Shown here: in pieces, positions 15,473 to 24,393 of the stretch
Layout: the number at the start of each line of letters is the position of its first letter
How positions within the stretch are numbered: the stretch's first letter is position 1
Assembly: GCF_001458695.1 (NCBI RefSeq)
Contig: NZ_LN885086.1
Location: 2,580,001 to 2,612,000, forward strand
DNA from: Candidatus Nitrospira inopinata
GTDB lineage: Bacteria > Nitrospirota > Nitrospiria > Nitrospirales > Nitrospiraceae
Length of the DNA stretch: 32,000 nt
Direction of reading: 5' to 3'
Made by a program: the position numbers and the translations under genes
Notes under the pieces: generated by a model
Told to the model about the DNA's origin: nothing
Seen by the model: only the letters and a program-made list of their open reading frames with translations
The model's database searches: none

Positions 15473-16459
15473 ATGAAAACCGCATCTCCTAGTTCCGACT
15501 CGGCGACTTTGATTCAAGGCCCCAATACGCAGGTGGGCTTTCTTTCGGTAGCAGGTGTTGTTTTCTCACTTGTTGTTCTCGTTACAGGGCTCCAGCAGAC
15601 TCTTGATCACCGCCAAGACCGAACATTTGTCCAAATTGAAGAACTGGCCCATCTCCCTCAAGGCGACCATCTCAAGCCCACGCTGCTCGGCTATCACCAT
15701 CTGGGGGCCGATGTGCTGTGGCTTAAGCTTGTGCAGGTGATTGGCAAGCGCCAGAACACGATGGACGAATACGAATGGATGGCCCATGCCTTGGACGTGA
15801 TCACGACGCTGGATCCCCAGTATGCCTATGCCTATTACGCGGGCGGAGTGATTTTGGGTGACTTGGCCAACCGGCCCGATCTGGCCAATCGGTTGCTCAA
15901 GCGAGGCCATGAGGAAAACCCCACCGCGTGGAACATTCCGTTTTTGCTCGGCTACAACTATTACTTCCTCTTGGCCGATCCGGCCATGGGCGCCTACTAC
16001 ACGATGCGGGCGGCATCCCTCCCCGGCCGGCCAGCCTATCTGCCCGGGCTCGCCACCCGCATGGCGGCGGAGGCCGGCAAGCCGGAGACGGCGCTCGCGT
16101 TTCTCGAAGCGCGGCTCCGGGAAACGGACGATCCGGAAATGAAAAAATTCTTTGAGACGAGGATGAAAGAAGTCATCATCGAACGGGACATTCGTCTGCT
16201 GGAGCGGGCGGTGGACCACTATCGGACGATCCATGGCCAGGTGCCGCCGTCACTCACGGCATTGGTTGGGGCAGGGGTGCTTACCGCTTTGCCGCCTGAG
16301 CCCTTCGGCGGGGAGTATCGTCTCGATCAATGGACCGGCACCGTGACCAGTTCGACCCATCCGGAACGGCTTAAGACGTTTCATAAACGAAATAGAGCGC
16401 CGGCATATCTCTATCCCAAGATCGAGCAACCGGCCTATGTGTTTCCGTTGAGGTGGTAG
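15473..16459 (+). CDS. membrane-anchored helical-repeat protein with GspG-like C-terminal module (positional equivalent of M. xanthus PilG)
   Basis: ORF 15455-16459 (TTG) or ATG 15473. No clear Shine-Dalgarno for either, so the start is uncertain. One TM helix (VGFLSVAGVVFSLVVLVTGL), a TPR-like all-alpha core, and a C-terminal DIRLLERAVDHYRTIHGQVPPSLTALV...LPPEPFGGEYRL. It lies immediately between pilA and an ABC-2 transporter. Confidence 0.6.
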   Translation: MKTASPSSDSATLIQGPNTQVGFLSVAGVVFSLVVLVTGLQQTLDHRQDRTFVQIEELAHLPQGDHLKPTLLGYHHLGADVLWLKLVQVIGKRQNTMDEYEWMAHALDVITTLDPQYAYAYYAGGVILGDLANRPDLANRLLKRGHEENPTAWNIPFLLGYNYYFLLADPAMGAYYTMRAASLPGRPAYLPGLATRMAAEAGKPETALAFLEARLRETDDPEMKKFFETRMKEVIIERDIRLLERAVDHYRTIHGQVPPSLTALVGAGVLTALPPEPFGGEYRLDQWTGTVTSSTHPERLKTFHKRNRAPAYLYPKIEQPAYVFPLRW

Positions 16460-16464
16460 GGACG

Positions 16465-17430
16465 ATGACGGACTGTGGGGATGCGGTTATTCAAATCCAA
16501 GACTTGACGAAGGTATTTCGCGTCGGCTTTTGGGGTCGCAAGGTGACGGCGGTGGATCGGGTGTCGCTGGCCGTGCAGCGAGGCGAGGTGTTCGGCTTTC
16601 TGGGCCCCAACGGGGCGGGAAAGACGACCACGCTCAAGATGCTGATGGGCTTGATCTATCCCACGAGCGGGCGGGCCACGATCTTCGGCCATCCGATCGG
16701 CGCGCCGCAAGCCAAGGCCAAGCTGGGATTTCTGCCGGAGTCGCCCTATTTTTATGACTATCTCACCGGGGCGGAGTTCTTGCGGTTTTATGGGCATCTG
16801 TTCGGGCTGCGCGGCACGGCCCTGAGCAAGAGAATCGACGAGCTGCTCGACACGGTGGGGATGGCCCATGCGCGGGATCTCCAGTTGCGCAAGTTTTCCA
16901 AGGGCATGTTGCAGCGGGTGGGGATTGCCCAAGCCTTGATCAATGATCCGGAACTGGTGGTGTTGGATGAGCCGATGTCGGGCCTCGATCCGATCGGGCG
17001 GAAAGAGGTGCGAGACCTGATTTTGCGGCTGAAAGAAGCGGGCAAGACCGTGCTCTTTAGCTCGCACATTTTGCATGATGCCGAATTGCTCTGTGATCGA
17101 GTGGCCATGATCATGAAGGGGCGGTTGGTGGCCTGTGGGCCGGTGTCCGACCTGTTGGCCGGCGGCTCGACCCATGAGGTGGAACTAGTGATCGAGCGGC
17201 TCATGCCGGAGGCGCTGGAGCGGATCAGGCCCTTTGCGAAAAAAGTGGTGGTTCAAGGCGAGCAGGTGCTGGTGGTGCTGGCGAGCCAACATGATGTGAA
17301 CCATGCGATTGATGTGGTCCGCTCGGTGAAGGGCCACGTGGTGTCGCTCACGCCGCACCGGGCGTCGCTCGAAGATCTGTTCATCCGCGAGGCCAAGAGC
17401 GCGAAGCAGCCGGTGGAGGTGGCGGCCTGA
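16465..17430 (+). CDS. ABC transporter ATP-binding protein, ABC-2 subfamily (positional equivalent of M. xanthus PilH)
   Basis: ATG at 16465 is preceded by GAGGTGG and lies 5 nt after the upstream stop. Walker A GPNGAGKTT, signature SKGMLQR, Walker B LVVLDEP, H-loop SSHIL, and a C-terminal extension of about 90 aa. Confidence 0.9.
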   Translation: MTDCGDAVIQIQDLTKVFRVGFWGRKVTAVDRVSLAVQRGEVFGFLGPNGAGKTTTLKMLMGLIYPTSGRATIFGHPIGAPQAKAKLGFLPESPYFYDYLTGAEFLRFYGHLFGLRGTALSKRIDELLDTVGMAHARDLQLRKFSKGMLQRVGIAQALINDPELVVLDEPMSGLDPIGRKEVRDLILRLKEAGKTVLFSSHILHDAELLCDRVAMIMKGRLVACGPVSDLLAGGSTHEVELVIERLMPEALERIRPFAKKVVVQGEQVLVVLASQHDVNHAIDVVRSVKGHVVSLTPHRASLEDLFIREAKSAKQPVEVAA

Positions 17431-18191
17431 TGAAGATCCTGTCGATCGCGCTGAACACGTTTCGTGAAAATCTGCGGGATAAGCTGCTCTACAATCTGTT
17501 GATCTTTGCGCTGCTCATGATCGGCAGCTCGATCATCATCTCGAAACTCACGCTGGGCGATTTCGATCGGCTGATGATCGACATCGGCTTGGCGAGCGTG
17601 AACTTCTTCGGCGTGTTGATCGCCATCTTCATCGGTATCGGACTGGTCAGCAAGGAGATCGACAAGAAGACGATCTACACGATCGTGTCGAAGCCGGTGG
17701 CCCGCTATGAATTTCTGCTGGGCAAGTATCTGGGGCTCTTGATCACGTTGCTCGTCAACACCACGGTCATGACGATCGGCCTGTTGGTCGTCTTGTGGGC
17801 GAGGAACGTGGCGGTGGACGGTCTCTTGTTTCAAGCGGTGGGAATGATCTTTGTCGAGTTCATGGTCATCACGGCGGTGGCGCTGCTGTTTTCAACCTTT
17901 ACGAGCACGACCCTGAGCGCGATCTTCACCTTGGCGATCTATGTGATCGGCCACCTGACGCCGGATCTCAAAACCTTCGGTGAAAAGATGGACGAGCTGG
18001 GACAGGCGGTCATGAATGGCCTCTACTATGTCCTCCCCAATCTTGAACGGTTCAACCTCAAGGGGCATGTGATCCACCATCTCCAGCTCGCGAGCGCCGA
18101 TCTCGCCCTGATCGTGCTGTATGGCCTGGCCTATGCCACGTTTCTGCTCGTGGTCGCTGGTCTCATCTTTGAGCGACGCGACTTCCGCTGA
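17430..18191 (+). CDS. ABC-2 type transporter permease (positional equivalent of M. xanthus PilI)
   Basis: 253 aa. The start overlaps the ATPase stop (TGATG at 17428-17432). About six hydrophobic helices (e.g. LLIFALLMIGSSIIIS, FFGVLIAIFIGIGLV, LGLLITLLVNTTVMTIGLLVV). Confidence 0.85.
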   Translation: MKILSIALNTFRENLRDKLLYNLLIFALLMIGSSIIISKLTLGDFDRLMIDIGLASVNFFGVLIAIFIGIGLVSKEIDKKTIYTIVSKPVARYEFLLGKYLGLLITLLVNTTVMTIGLLVVLWARNVAVDGLLFQAVGMIFVEFMVITAVALLFSTFTSTTLSAIFTLAIYVIGHLTPDLKTFGEKMDELGQAVMNGLYYVLPNLERFNLKGHVIHHLQLASADLALIVLYGLAYATFLLVVAGLIFERRDFR

Positions 18192-18284
18192 GCCCCTTCA
18201 TCGTTGCCACGGTTCATCGCGGGGGGGTTGGCTCTTTCCACGCCAGAGTCGGTCAAACAGATTGCTGGGTGGTCGTCTCACGTG

Positions 18285-19868
18285 ATGGCTGCAATTGTGT
18301 CCAGGCCCAGGAGTTGGGTGTGGGGACCGGCTTCTCTTGCAGCCTGGTGTTTCCTTGCCACCGCAGTGACAGCCCAAGGAATGGATGAGACCATTGTGCT
18401 CCAACCGCCACTGCCCGATCGGATCGATCGGATCGAACTGGTCTGGTCCGGCGGTGCAGAGCCGACGGTGCTGATCAATCAACCGGCGCCATCCCCGCGA
18501 CGTGCTGAACGGTTGAGAGGGACCGAGTCGCGACTGATTCCAGCAGCGGAACGACTGCGGTCTTTTGGATCTTGCGCTGTGAGCTGGCTGGTGCGGGGAG
18601 AGCATCTCGTGATTCAGTTCGAAGGAACGGCGGAAGCTGCCTGTGGAGTCGTCTGGTTTTTGGGGAGGCCGGAGGAAGCAGTGGATGTCCTGTCGTTTCA
18701 GGCTCTGCGGGTTGTTGGCCGCGCGTCAGGGACGATCGAGATAGGCATGGCAGATCGCCTATGGTGGAACAAGCAGGACCATGTGTCGTGTGTGACGGTG
18801 AGCGGGCCGTTTGAGGCGGACGTTTCGCTTGCTCGATTGATCGATCGGGTGGATCTGCGAGAGCTGGTGGCCCTGACTGTTACAGCCCGTGAGGTGCCAG
18901 CCGAACTCACCATCCAACGAGCGTGGCTTGAGGCTCATCCCGTTCAGCAGGCCGGTGCGATGAAGCGCGGCCTGTGGGTCTGGGACCTTCAGAAGGCGCA
19001 GCAACAGGCCGATCAAATCGTGAAGACCTGCCGGTCGATCGGGTGCCGGCGGCTGTCGATCCAGATGCCTTCGGCCGGCGATCCTGACTCGGTGTGGCGA
19101 ACCTTCTGCTCGCTGGTCCGCCGTTGGCGCGACGAGGGGATCGAGGTCTTGGCGCTGGATGGATATCCGGAAGCGGCCGTGAATCCTGACCGGCTGCTGG
19201 CAGGCATCCGACGACTCGTTGTGGAGTGTGGCGACGTTCTTCCTGCTGGGCTGCAGGTGGATATCGAGCCCTATCTGCTGCCAGAGGCGAGACTGGGGCA
19301 AGACCGGTATCGGGACTATCTCATCTCGTTGGCTCAGATCCGGCAAATGTTGCCGCCGGATGTGCCTCTGTCGGTCATCGTGCCCTTTTGGTTTCCGCAG
19401 GTGTCGGTCGAGGGGCGATCCTTGGCTCAGCAGGTGTTCGAGCGAGCCGATGAAGTCGTGGTCATGAGTTACCGTGCCGATGTAGCCGAAGCCTTGGCAC
19501 TAATGGATGACTGGGTGCGCTATGGCGTTCTGCTGGGGAAACCAGTGTGGGGAGCGCTTGAGACTCGTCCACTTCCGGATGAGCGGCATCTTGTCCTCCA
19601 GTTGGTGGACCGCCCGGAAGAAGCCACGGCTTTTTTTGATCGATCGAGAGGCCGCCTGGTGCTGGCTGCTCCTCGCTCGGCTGACTCTCGGTTCATTTAT
19701 TTCGCCGAAGCTGCTCGTTACGAGGTACAGGGAAGCCGGCTCAGTTTTGCCGGCCGTTCAAAAGCCACTGTCATCCGCGCGATCGACCAATGGGCTCAAG
19801 GGGCTCGTCATTCTCCTGTGGCTGGACTGATGATTCATGACTGGGAGGGCTATGAACAATTACCGTGA
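18285..19868 (+). CDS. secreted hypothetical protein: beta-rich N-domain plus TIM-barrel, glycoside-hydrolase-like C-domain
   Basis: ATG at 18285 gives a signal peptide (SWVWGPASLAAWCFLATAVTAQG). The C-terminal half has alternating strand/helix segments (GLWVWD, RLSIQM, EVLALDG, GLQVDIEPY, LSVIVPFW, EVVVMSY, PVWGALET). The function is inferred from this pattern only. Confidence 0.5.
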   Translation: MAAIVSRPRSWVWGPASLAAWCFLATAVTAQGMDETIVLQPPLPDRIDRIELVWSGGAEPTVLINQPAPSPRRAERLRGTESRLIPAAERLRSFGSCAVSWLVRGEHLVIQFEGTAEAACGVVWFLGRPEEAVDVLSFQALRVVGRASGTIEIGMADRLWWNKQDHVSCVTVSGPFEADVSLARLIDRVDLRELVALTVTAREVPAELTIQRAWLEAHPVQQAGAMKRGLWVWDLQKAQQQADQIVKTCRSIGCRRLSIQMPSAGDPDSVWRTFCSLVRRWRDEGIEVLALDGYPEAAVNPDRLLAGIRRLVVECGDVLPAGLQVDIEPYLLPEARLGQDRYRDYLISLAQIRQMLPPDVPLSVIVPFWFPQVSVEGRSLAQQVFERADEVVVMSYRADVAEALALMDDWVRYGVLLGKPVWGALETRPLPDERHLVLQLVDRPEEATAFFDRSRGRLVLAAPRSADSRFIYFAEAARYEVQGSRLSFAGRSKATVIRAIDQWAQGARHSPVAGLMIHDWEGYEQLP

Positions 19869-21837
19869 TGATCAGGAGCCAGGCGACCCCTCTTCTTCAG
19901 GTGAGGGGGTGGCTGACCGTCGTGCAAGACGGCGACCTAGCCTGTTTACGGGAGTGTTGATCATGACCGGGATCCTGATCGGCTGGTGGGTCTGGACCGA
20001 TCCGTCAGCGCTGATGACCTTGCAGGGTCATCGCATGGTGGTGGTGCCGGGGTTGTCCGGGCCCTCCATCCCCTCCGTTCTTTCTGATGAGCGACCCACC
20101 CCCTGGTCTCGGTACGCAGAGGGCGAGGTCCATCGGTTGGCTGTGTTGTTGACCGATCCTCGGTCCAACTGGTTGGAGCTGGTTCACGGGTTGAAGGCCA
20201 AGGGGATTCCCTTTGTGCTGACCGATCAGCCAGAACGGGCCCTTCTCCACCGGGTGATTCTGGTCTACCCGATCCTCTCGGGAAAGGTCTTGAGTCGTGA
20301 GGCGATCCAACGGTTGGCGGCCCATCCACGACAGGGCGGCACCCTTATCGTGTGTGGGCCGACCGGTGGCGGTCTTGAAGAGGTGTTCGGCATCCAAGAG
20401 GCTTCGGAAAGTCGGTCACCAAACGCGCTACTCTTTCACGATGAGCCCTGGTTGTTGCGGGGAGGCGCTCCTGACCGGCACTGGACGATTCCACTGCGCC
20501 ACCCGGCTGGGGTCGATCCACCGATCAGGGTGACTGCGTACCGGCCGTCAACAGCCACGGTGTTGGCTTCGTATGAAGACGGGCTGGCCGGCATCGTCCA
20601 ACGGGCAATTGGCTCGGGCTGGGCGATGGCGGTGGGCGTCGATATCGGGTACCTGTTGTGGCGCGGGCATACGTTACGGGCCGAAGGCTTTTCTGGATCG
20701 TTTAACAACCGATTTACTCCGGCGACTGATGGGCTTTTGCTGTTGCTGGAAACTGTCTATCGCCGAGGCGAGCCGTGGGCCGTCACGCTTGATCCGACGC
20801 CCGAGGGTCGGACCATGACCGTCTTGTTGACGCACGATGTGGATGCCCAAACGTCCATGCGCAACGCCCTGATCTTTGCCAAGGAAGAGCAGGCTCGTGG
20901 AGTGCGCGGAACCTTTTTTATTCAAACGAAGTACATCCGCGATTTCAATGACGAAGTCTTTTTGACCGATCAGTGGATCGCGGATATGAGAGCCTTGGCC
21001 GCCATGGGGATGGAGATCGGCAGCCACACGGTGGCCCACTCAAAGGTGTTTGATCGGTTTCCGATGGGAACAGGAACGGAGCAGTACCCTGATTATCGGC
21101 CGATTGTCACGAACCGATTGGCTGCGCGGGGCGTGACCGTGCTGGGGGAACTGCGGGTGAGCAAGTTTCTGCTGGAGGCCCTGGCGCCTGGTGTCACGGT
21201 CCGGTCGTTTCGTGCGGGAGAGCTGGCGTATCCGCTTGGTCTGCCTCAGGCGTTGGTCGCGGCGGGGTATCACTACAACTCGACGGCGACGGCCAACACG
21301 GCCTTGACCCACTTGCCATACCGGTTAATGAAGGACCGGATGGATCTGGTGGAGGTGGGCGCGTATGAATTCCCTGTCGCGGTCGAAGACGAAGAACTGC
21401 CGCCGCTCGGCGAGCGGTTGCCCGACGCCTTGAAACTGGCCGAACAGATGAATCGATACGGCGGGGTCCTGACGGTGCTCATTCACCCTAACATTCTCGA
21501 TCACAAGTTGCGATTTGAGGTGGGATTGATCGAGGCGCTGAAGCCAAGCGCCTGGATCGGCGTGCTCGATGAGTTTGGAGCCTGGTGGAGGGGGCGGGAT
21601 CACGTCGAGGTGGATGTCCTGGAAACCAACGACGGCTTTCGTCTGCGGCTCACTGCGCAGGAACCCGTCTCTGGCTTGACCGTGCTCTTGCCCTTGTCTT
21701 GCACCACCAAGGGACAAGATGCCGTGCCATCTCCACGGCCCTGGACCTCAACCGCCGTGGTGGTGTCGTTGGAACGAGGCGCTCAGCGAGTGATTTCTTT
21801 GGATGGCTGCCGACAAGCAGGTCGCCGTGAGGCCTGA
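19852..21837 (+). CDS. membrane-anchored polysaccharide deacetylase (CE4/NodB-like) with N-terminal flavodoxin/GATase-like domain
   Basis: ATG at 19852 is preceded by GGGAGGG and overlaps the upstream gene by 17 nt. TM helix LFTGVLIMTGILIGWWVW. CE4-like motifs: LLTHDVD (Asp-Asp), GSHTVAH (His-x3-His), FRAGELAYP, VLIHPN. Confidence 0.65.
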   Translation: MNNYRDDQEPGDPSSSGEGVADRRARRRPSLFTGVLIMTGILIGWWVWTDPSALMTLQGHRMVVVPGLSGPSIPSVLSDERPTPWSRYAEGEVHRLAVLLTDPRSNWLELVHGLKAKGIPFVLTDQPERALLHRVILVYPILSGKVLSREAIQRLAAHPRQGGTLIVCGPTGGGLEEVFGIQEASESRSPNALLFHDEPWLLRGGAPDRHWTIPLRHPAGVDPPIRVTAYRPSTATVLASYEDGLAGIVQRAIGSGWAMAVGVDIGYLLWRGHTLRAEGFSGSFNNRFTPATDGLLLLLETVYRRGEPWAVTLDPTPEGRTMTVLLTHDVDAQTSMRNALIFAKEEQARGVRGTFFIQTKYIRDFNDEVFLTDQWIADMRALAAMGMEIGSHTVAHSKVFDRFPMGTGTEQYPDYRPIVTNRLAARGVTVLGELRVSKFLLEALAPGVTVRSFRAGELAYPLGLPQALVAAGYHYNSTATANTALTHLPYRLMKDRMDLVEVGAYEFPVAVEDEELPPLGERLPDALKLAEQMNRYGGVLTVLIHPNILDHKLRFEVGLIEALKPSAWIGVLDEFGAWWRGRDHVEVDVLETNDGFRLRLTAQEPVSGLTVLLPLSCTTKGQDAVPSPRPWTSTAVVVSLERGAQRVISLDGCRQAGRREA

Positions 21838-21953
21838 GTCTTAAGCGCTTGATCTCTCCCGTTGCGAGAGAAGCCGGATCGTCGCGGTGGGATGCGGTTG
21901 AGGAATAGGGGCTTCGAGCAACAGCTTCACTTCAATGGAAGCCGAATGTCATA

Positions 21954-23627
21954 TCAGCTTGTCACGGCGCCCTCCGATGCCGATGAGACGTGCCTCGCGT
22001 ATTTCGCCATGACGCCGGAAGTATAGCGGGGAACAGGTTGTTTGATTTTTTTGAGCCGTGCCGCGATCTCTTTTTTTGTCAGCATTATGTCCAGCCGCCG
22101 TTTGGGAACGTCAAACGTAATGAGATCACCGTTTTTGACCGCGGCGATCGGCCCGCCCTTGGCGGCTTCCGGCGCCACGTGACCGGCCATGAGCCCGTGC
22201 GTCGCCCCTGAAAATCGCCCATCGGTCAACAGGGCCACGGAATCACCAAGCCCGGCGCCGACGATGGCGGCCGTGACACCCAACATCTCGCGCATGCCTG
22301 GCCCTCCGGCCGGTCCTTCGTAACGAATCACCACGACGTCGCCCGCTTTGATGTGTCCCGCCTTGACGGCGACGAAGGCGTCTTCCTCTCGATCGAAGAC
22401 TTTGGCCGGTCCCTGGAATTTCATGATGGAATGGCCCGCCACCTTGACCACACAGCCTTCCGGGGCCAGATTGCCCTTTAAGATGACCAGTCCGCCGGTC
22501 GGCTTGATCGGATCGGACAGGGGACGGACTACCGTTTGGCCCGGTGTCTCGGCCGCGCTTTCGGCCTCTTGTCCGATCGTACGTCCTGTCACGGTCGGTT
22601 GATCGCCGTGGAGGAGACCGGCATCCAGCAGCCGCTTGGCGACCAGCGTCGTTCCGCCCGCCGCGTAGAGATCAGCGGCGGTAAACCGGCCGCCCGGCTT
22701 CAGATCCGCCAGCAACGGCACCTTCCTATTGATCTTGTCGAAATCATCGATGCCAAGTTTGATGCTGGCTTCTCGCGCGATGGCGAGCAGATGCAACACG
22801 GCATTCGTCGATCCACCCGTGGTGGCGACGGCCGCGATGGCGTTTTCTATGGACTTTCTGGTGATGATCCGGCGAGGCCGCAGGTCGTTTTTTATCAGAT
22901 CCATCACCAGTTTGCCGCATTCAAAGGCAACGTCGTCTTTTCGACCGTCCATGGCGGGGACGCCGTTACGGCCCATCGGCGAGATGCCGAGGAATTCAAA
23001 CGCGATCGCCATGGTATTGGCCGTGAACTGCCCGCCGCAGGCGCCGGGTCCCGGACAGGCATGATCCTCGAGATCTTTCAACTCACCGTCGGTCATCTTG
23101 CCGGCGGCGTGTTTACCGACGGCCTCGAACACGTCCTGAATCGTCACGTCGTGACCTTGAAATCGCCCGGGCATGATCGAACCGCCATACAGCATGAGCG
23201 AGGGAAGATTTAAACGGGCCAGCGCCATGACCGTTCCCGGTATCGTCTTGTCACAGCCGGAAAGGGCCACCACCGCGTCAAACAAGTGCCCGCGCGCCAC
23301 CAATTCGATTGAGTCGGCGATGACTTCCCGGCTGATCAGCGAGGCTCTCATCCCCTCCGTGCCCATTGAAATTCCGTCCGACACGGCGATGGTGTTGTAT
23401 TCGATCGGGGTGCCGCCCGCAGCACGAATGCCGGCTTTGACCCGTTCCGACAGCCGTCGGAGATGGTAATTGCACGGCATCACCTCGATCCAGGTATTGG
23501 CCACTCCGACGATGGGCTTTGCCAGATCGTCATCGGTGAATCCCACCGCTTTCAGCATCGCTCGAGCCGGCGCCCTCGATGGACCGACCAACAGATCATG
23601 GCTCTTGAGCTTCAGTTCTTTCGGCAT
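21954..23627 (-). CDS. ilvD: dihydroxy-acid dehydratase
   Basis: 557 aa from [30 protein letters not shown] (ATG at 23627). Motifs include SDGISMG, SGCDKT and the family-typical C-terminal region. The tracked ORF extension to 23861 is rejected. Confidence 0.95.
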   Translation of the reverse strand: MPKELKLKSHDLLVGPSRAPARAMLKAVGFTDDDLAKPIVGVANTWIEVMPCNYHLRRLSERVKAGIRAAGGTPIEYNTIAVSDGISMGTEGMRASLISREVIADSIELVARGHLFDAVVALSGCDKTIPGTVMALARLNLPSLMLYGGSIMPGRFQGHDVTIQDVFEAVGKHAAGKMTDGELKDLEDHACPGPGACGGQFTANTMAIAFEFLGISPMGRNGVPAMDGRKDDVAFECGKLVMDLIKNDLRPRRIITRKSIENAIAAVATTGGSTNAVLHLLAIAREASIKLGIDDFDKINRKVPLLADLKPGGRFTAADLYAAGGTTLVAKRLLDAGLLHGDQPTVTGRTIGQEAESAAETPGQTVVRPLSDPIKPTGGLVILKGNLAPEGCVVKVAGHSIMKFQGPAKVFDREEDAFVAVKAGHIKAGDVVVIRYEGPAGGPGMREMLGVTAAIVGAGLGDSVALLTDGRFSGATHGLMAGHVAPEAAKGGPIAAVKNGDLITFDVPKRRLDIMLTKKEIAARLKKIKQPVPRYTSGVMAKYARHVSSASEGAVTS

Positions 23628-23709
23628 ACCCCCGATCCTGTTCCTTTCCTCGTCTTCATCTGGAACATACCTGTCTTTCTTTTTTGCGCCCAGACCGACT
23701 TCGTCCTCG

Positions 23710-24330
23710 TTACTGGACGGACATCTCGGTCGGTGGGACGGGCGGGTGTCCCCCCATTCCCTCATGCGGATTTTTCTTCCCATGAGGATAGGCGCCGTAT
23801 GAGCCACCGCCGTGCGGGCCTCCATAGGAGGATTTGCCGTGCTCCCGCAAGACCTTTTCATGCTCCGTCTTTTCTTTTTCGCGCTGCTCCGGTGTCAACA
23901 GATTCAACACGTCTCTCTTCATTTTGAGGGCGGTCAGACGGAGCGCCACCCGCTGGTCGGCGCTTTGTTTCAGCTTCGCTTCGATGGCGGCAAGGTCGGC
24001 TTTTTCATCTTCGGTCAGAGCTTTGATCTCTCGCTCGGTGATTTGGATGTCGGCCTCGGCCTTAATCCGCGCCTTGTCGAGGGCCAATTGGAGGTCTTTC
24101 AACTTGGCCACTTGATCAGGCGTCAATCCGATGTCTTTTTCGTGTTTCAGCAGGTGGCGAATCAGATGCCCGGTCCCTCCGTGCATGAACGATTTGCCGT
24201 ATCCGCCCATTTTGCCGTGACCGCCGTAGCCATAGCCCGGTTCGTTGGCCCACGAACCGGCGACCCCGCAGGTCAGCACCACCGCCGCCGTTGCGACGCA
24301 GGATACGATTCCACTCATGATCGGTTTCAT
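23710..24330 (-). CDS. periplasmic Spy/CpxP/ZraP-family chaperone with Gly/His/Met-rich tails
   Basis: GGAGG is followed by the ATG at 24330. Signal peptide [28 protein letters not shown]. Two LTxxQ motifs (LTPDQ, LTPEQ). Tails are [24 protein letters not shown] and [27 protein letters not shown]. Confidence 0.75.
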   Translation of the reverse strand: MKPIMSGIVSCVATAAVVLTCGVAGSWANEPGYGYGGHGKMGGYGKSFMHGGTGHLIRHLLKHEKDIGLTPDQVAKLKDLQLALDKARIKAEADIQITEREIKALTEDEKADLAAIEAKLKQSADQRVALRLTALKMKRDVLNLLTPEQREKEKTEHEKVLREHGKSSYGGPHGGGSYGAYPHGKKNPHEGMGGHPPVPPTEMSVQ

Positions 24331-24393
24331 AACCATCCTCCTTCCTCTCCAGCGATAGAGAAGACCACGTGTCCGATACGACGAGGAGGTAGA

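Noticed and set aside
18416-18433. A tandem 9-mer, CGATCGGAT x2.
   Set aside because: It is in frame within a CDS (encoding DRIDRI) and is too short to be a repeat element or a CRISPR array.
18669-18681. CCGGAGGAAGCAG, which resembles the SRP (4.5S) RNA domain IV core.
   Set aside because: It lies inside a CDS, and the flanks do not form the conserved SRP helix 8.
21852-21870. A TCTCTC / GAGAGA hairpin between the convergent deacetylase and ilvD genes, considered as a bidirectional terminator.
   Set aside because: The stem is only 6 bp and AT/GC-mixed, and there is no flanking T-tract on either strand.
23628-23861. A 78-codon N-terminal extension of the ilvD ORF.
   Set aside because: It would overlap the Spy-like gene, and IlvD proteins begin at the MPKELKLKS-type sequence found at 23627.
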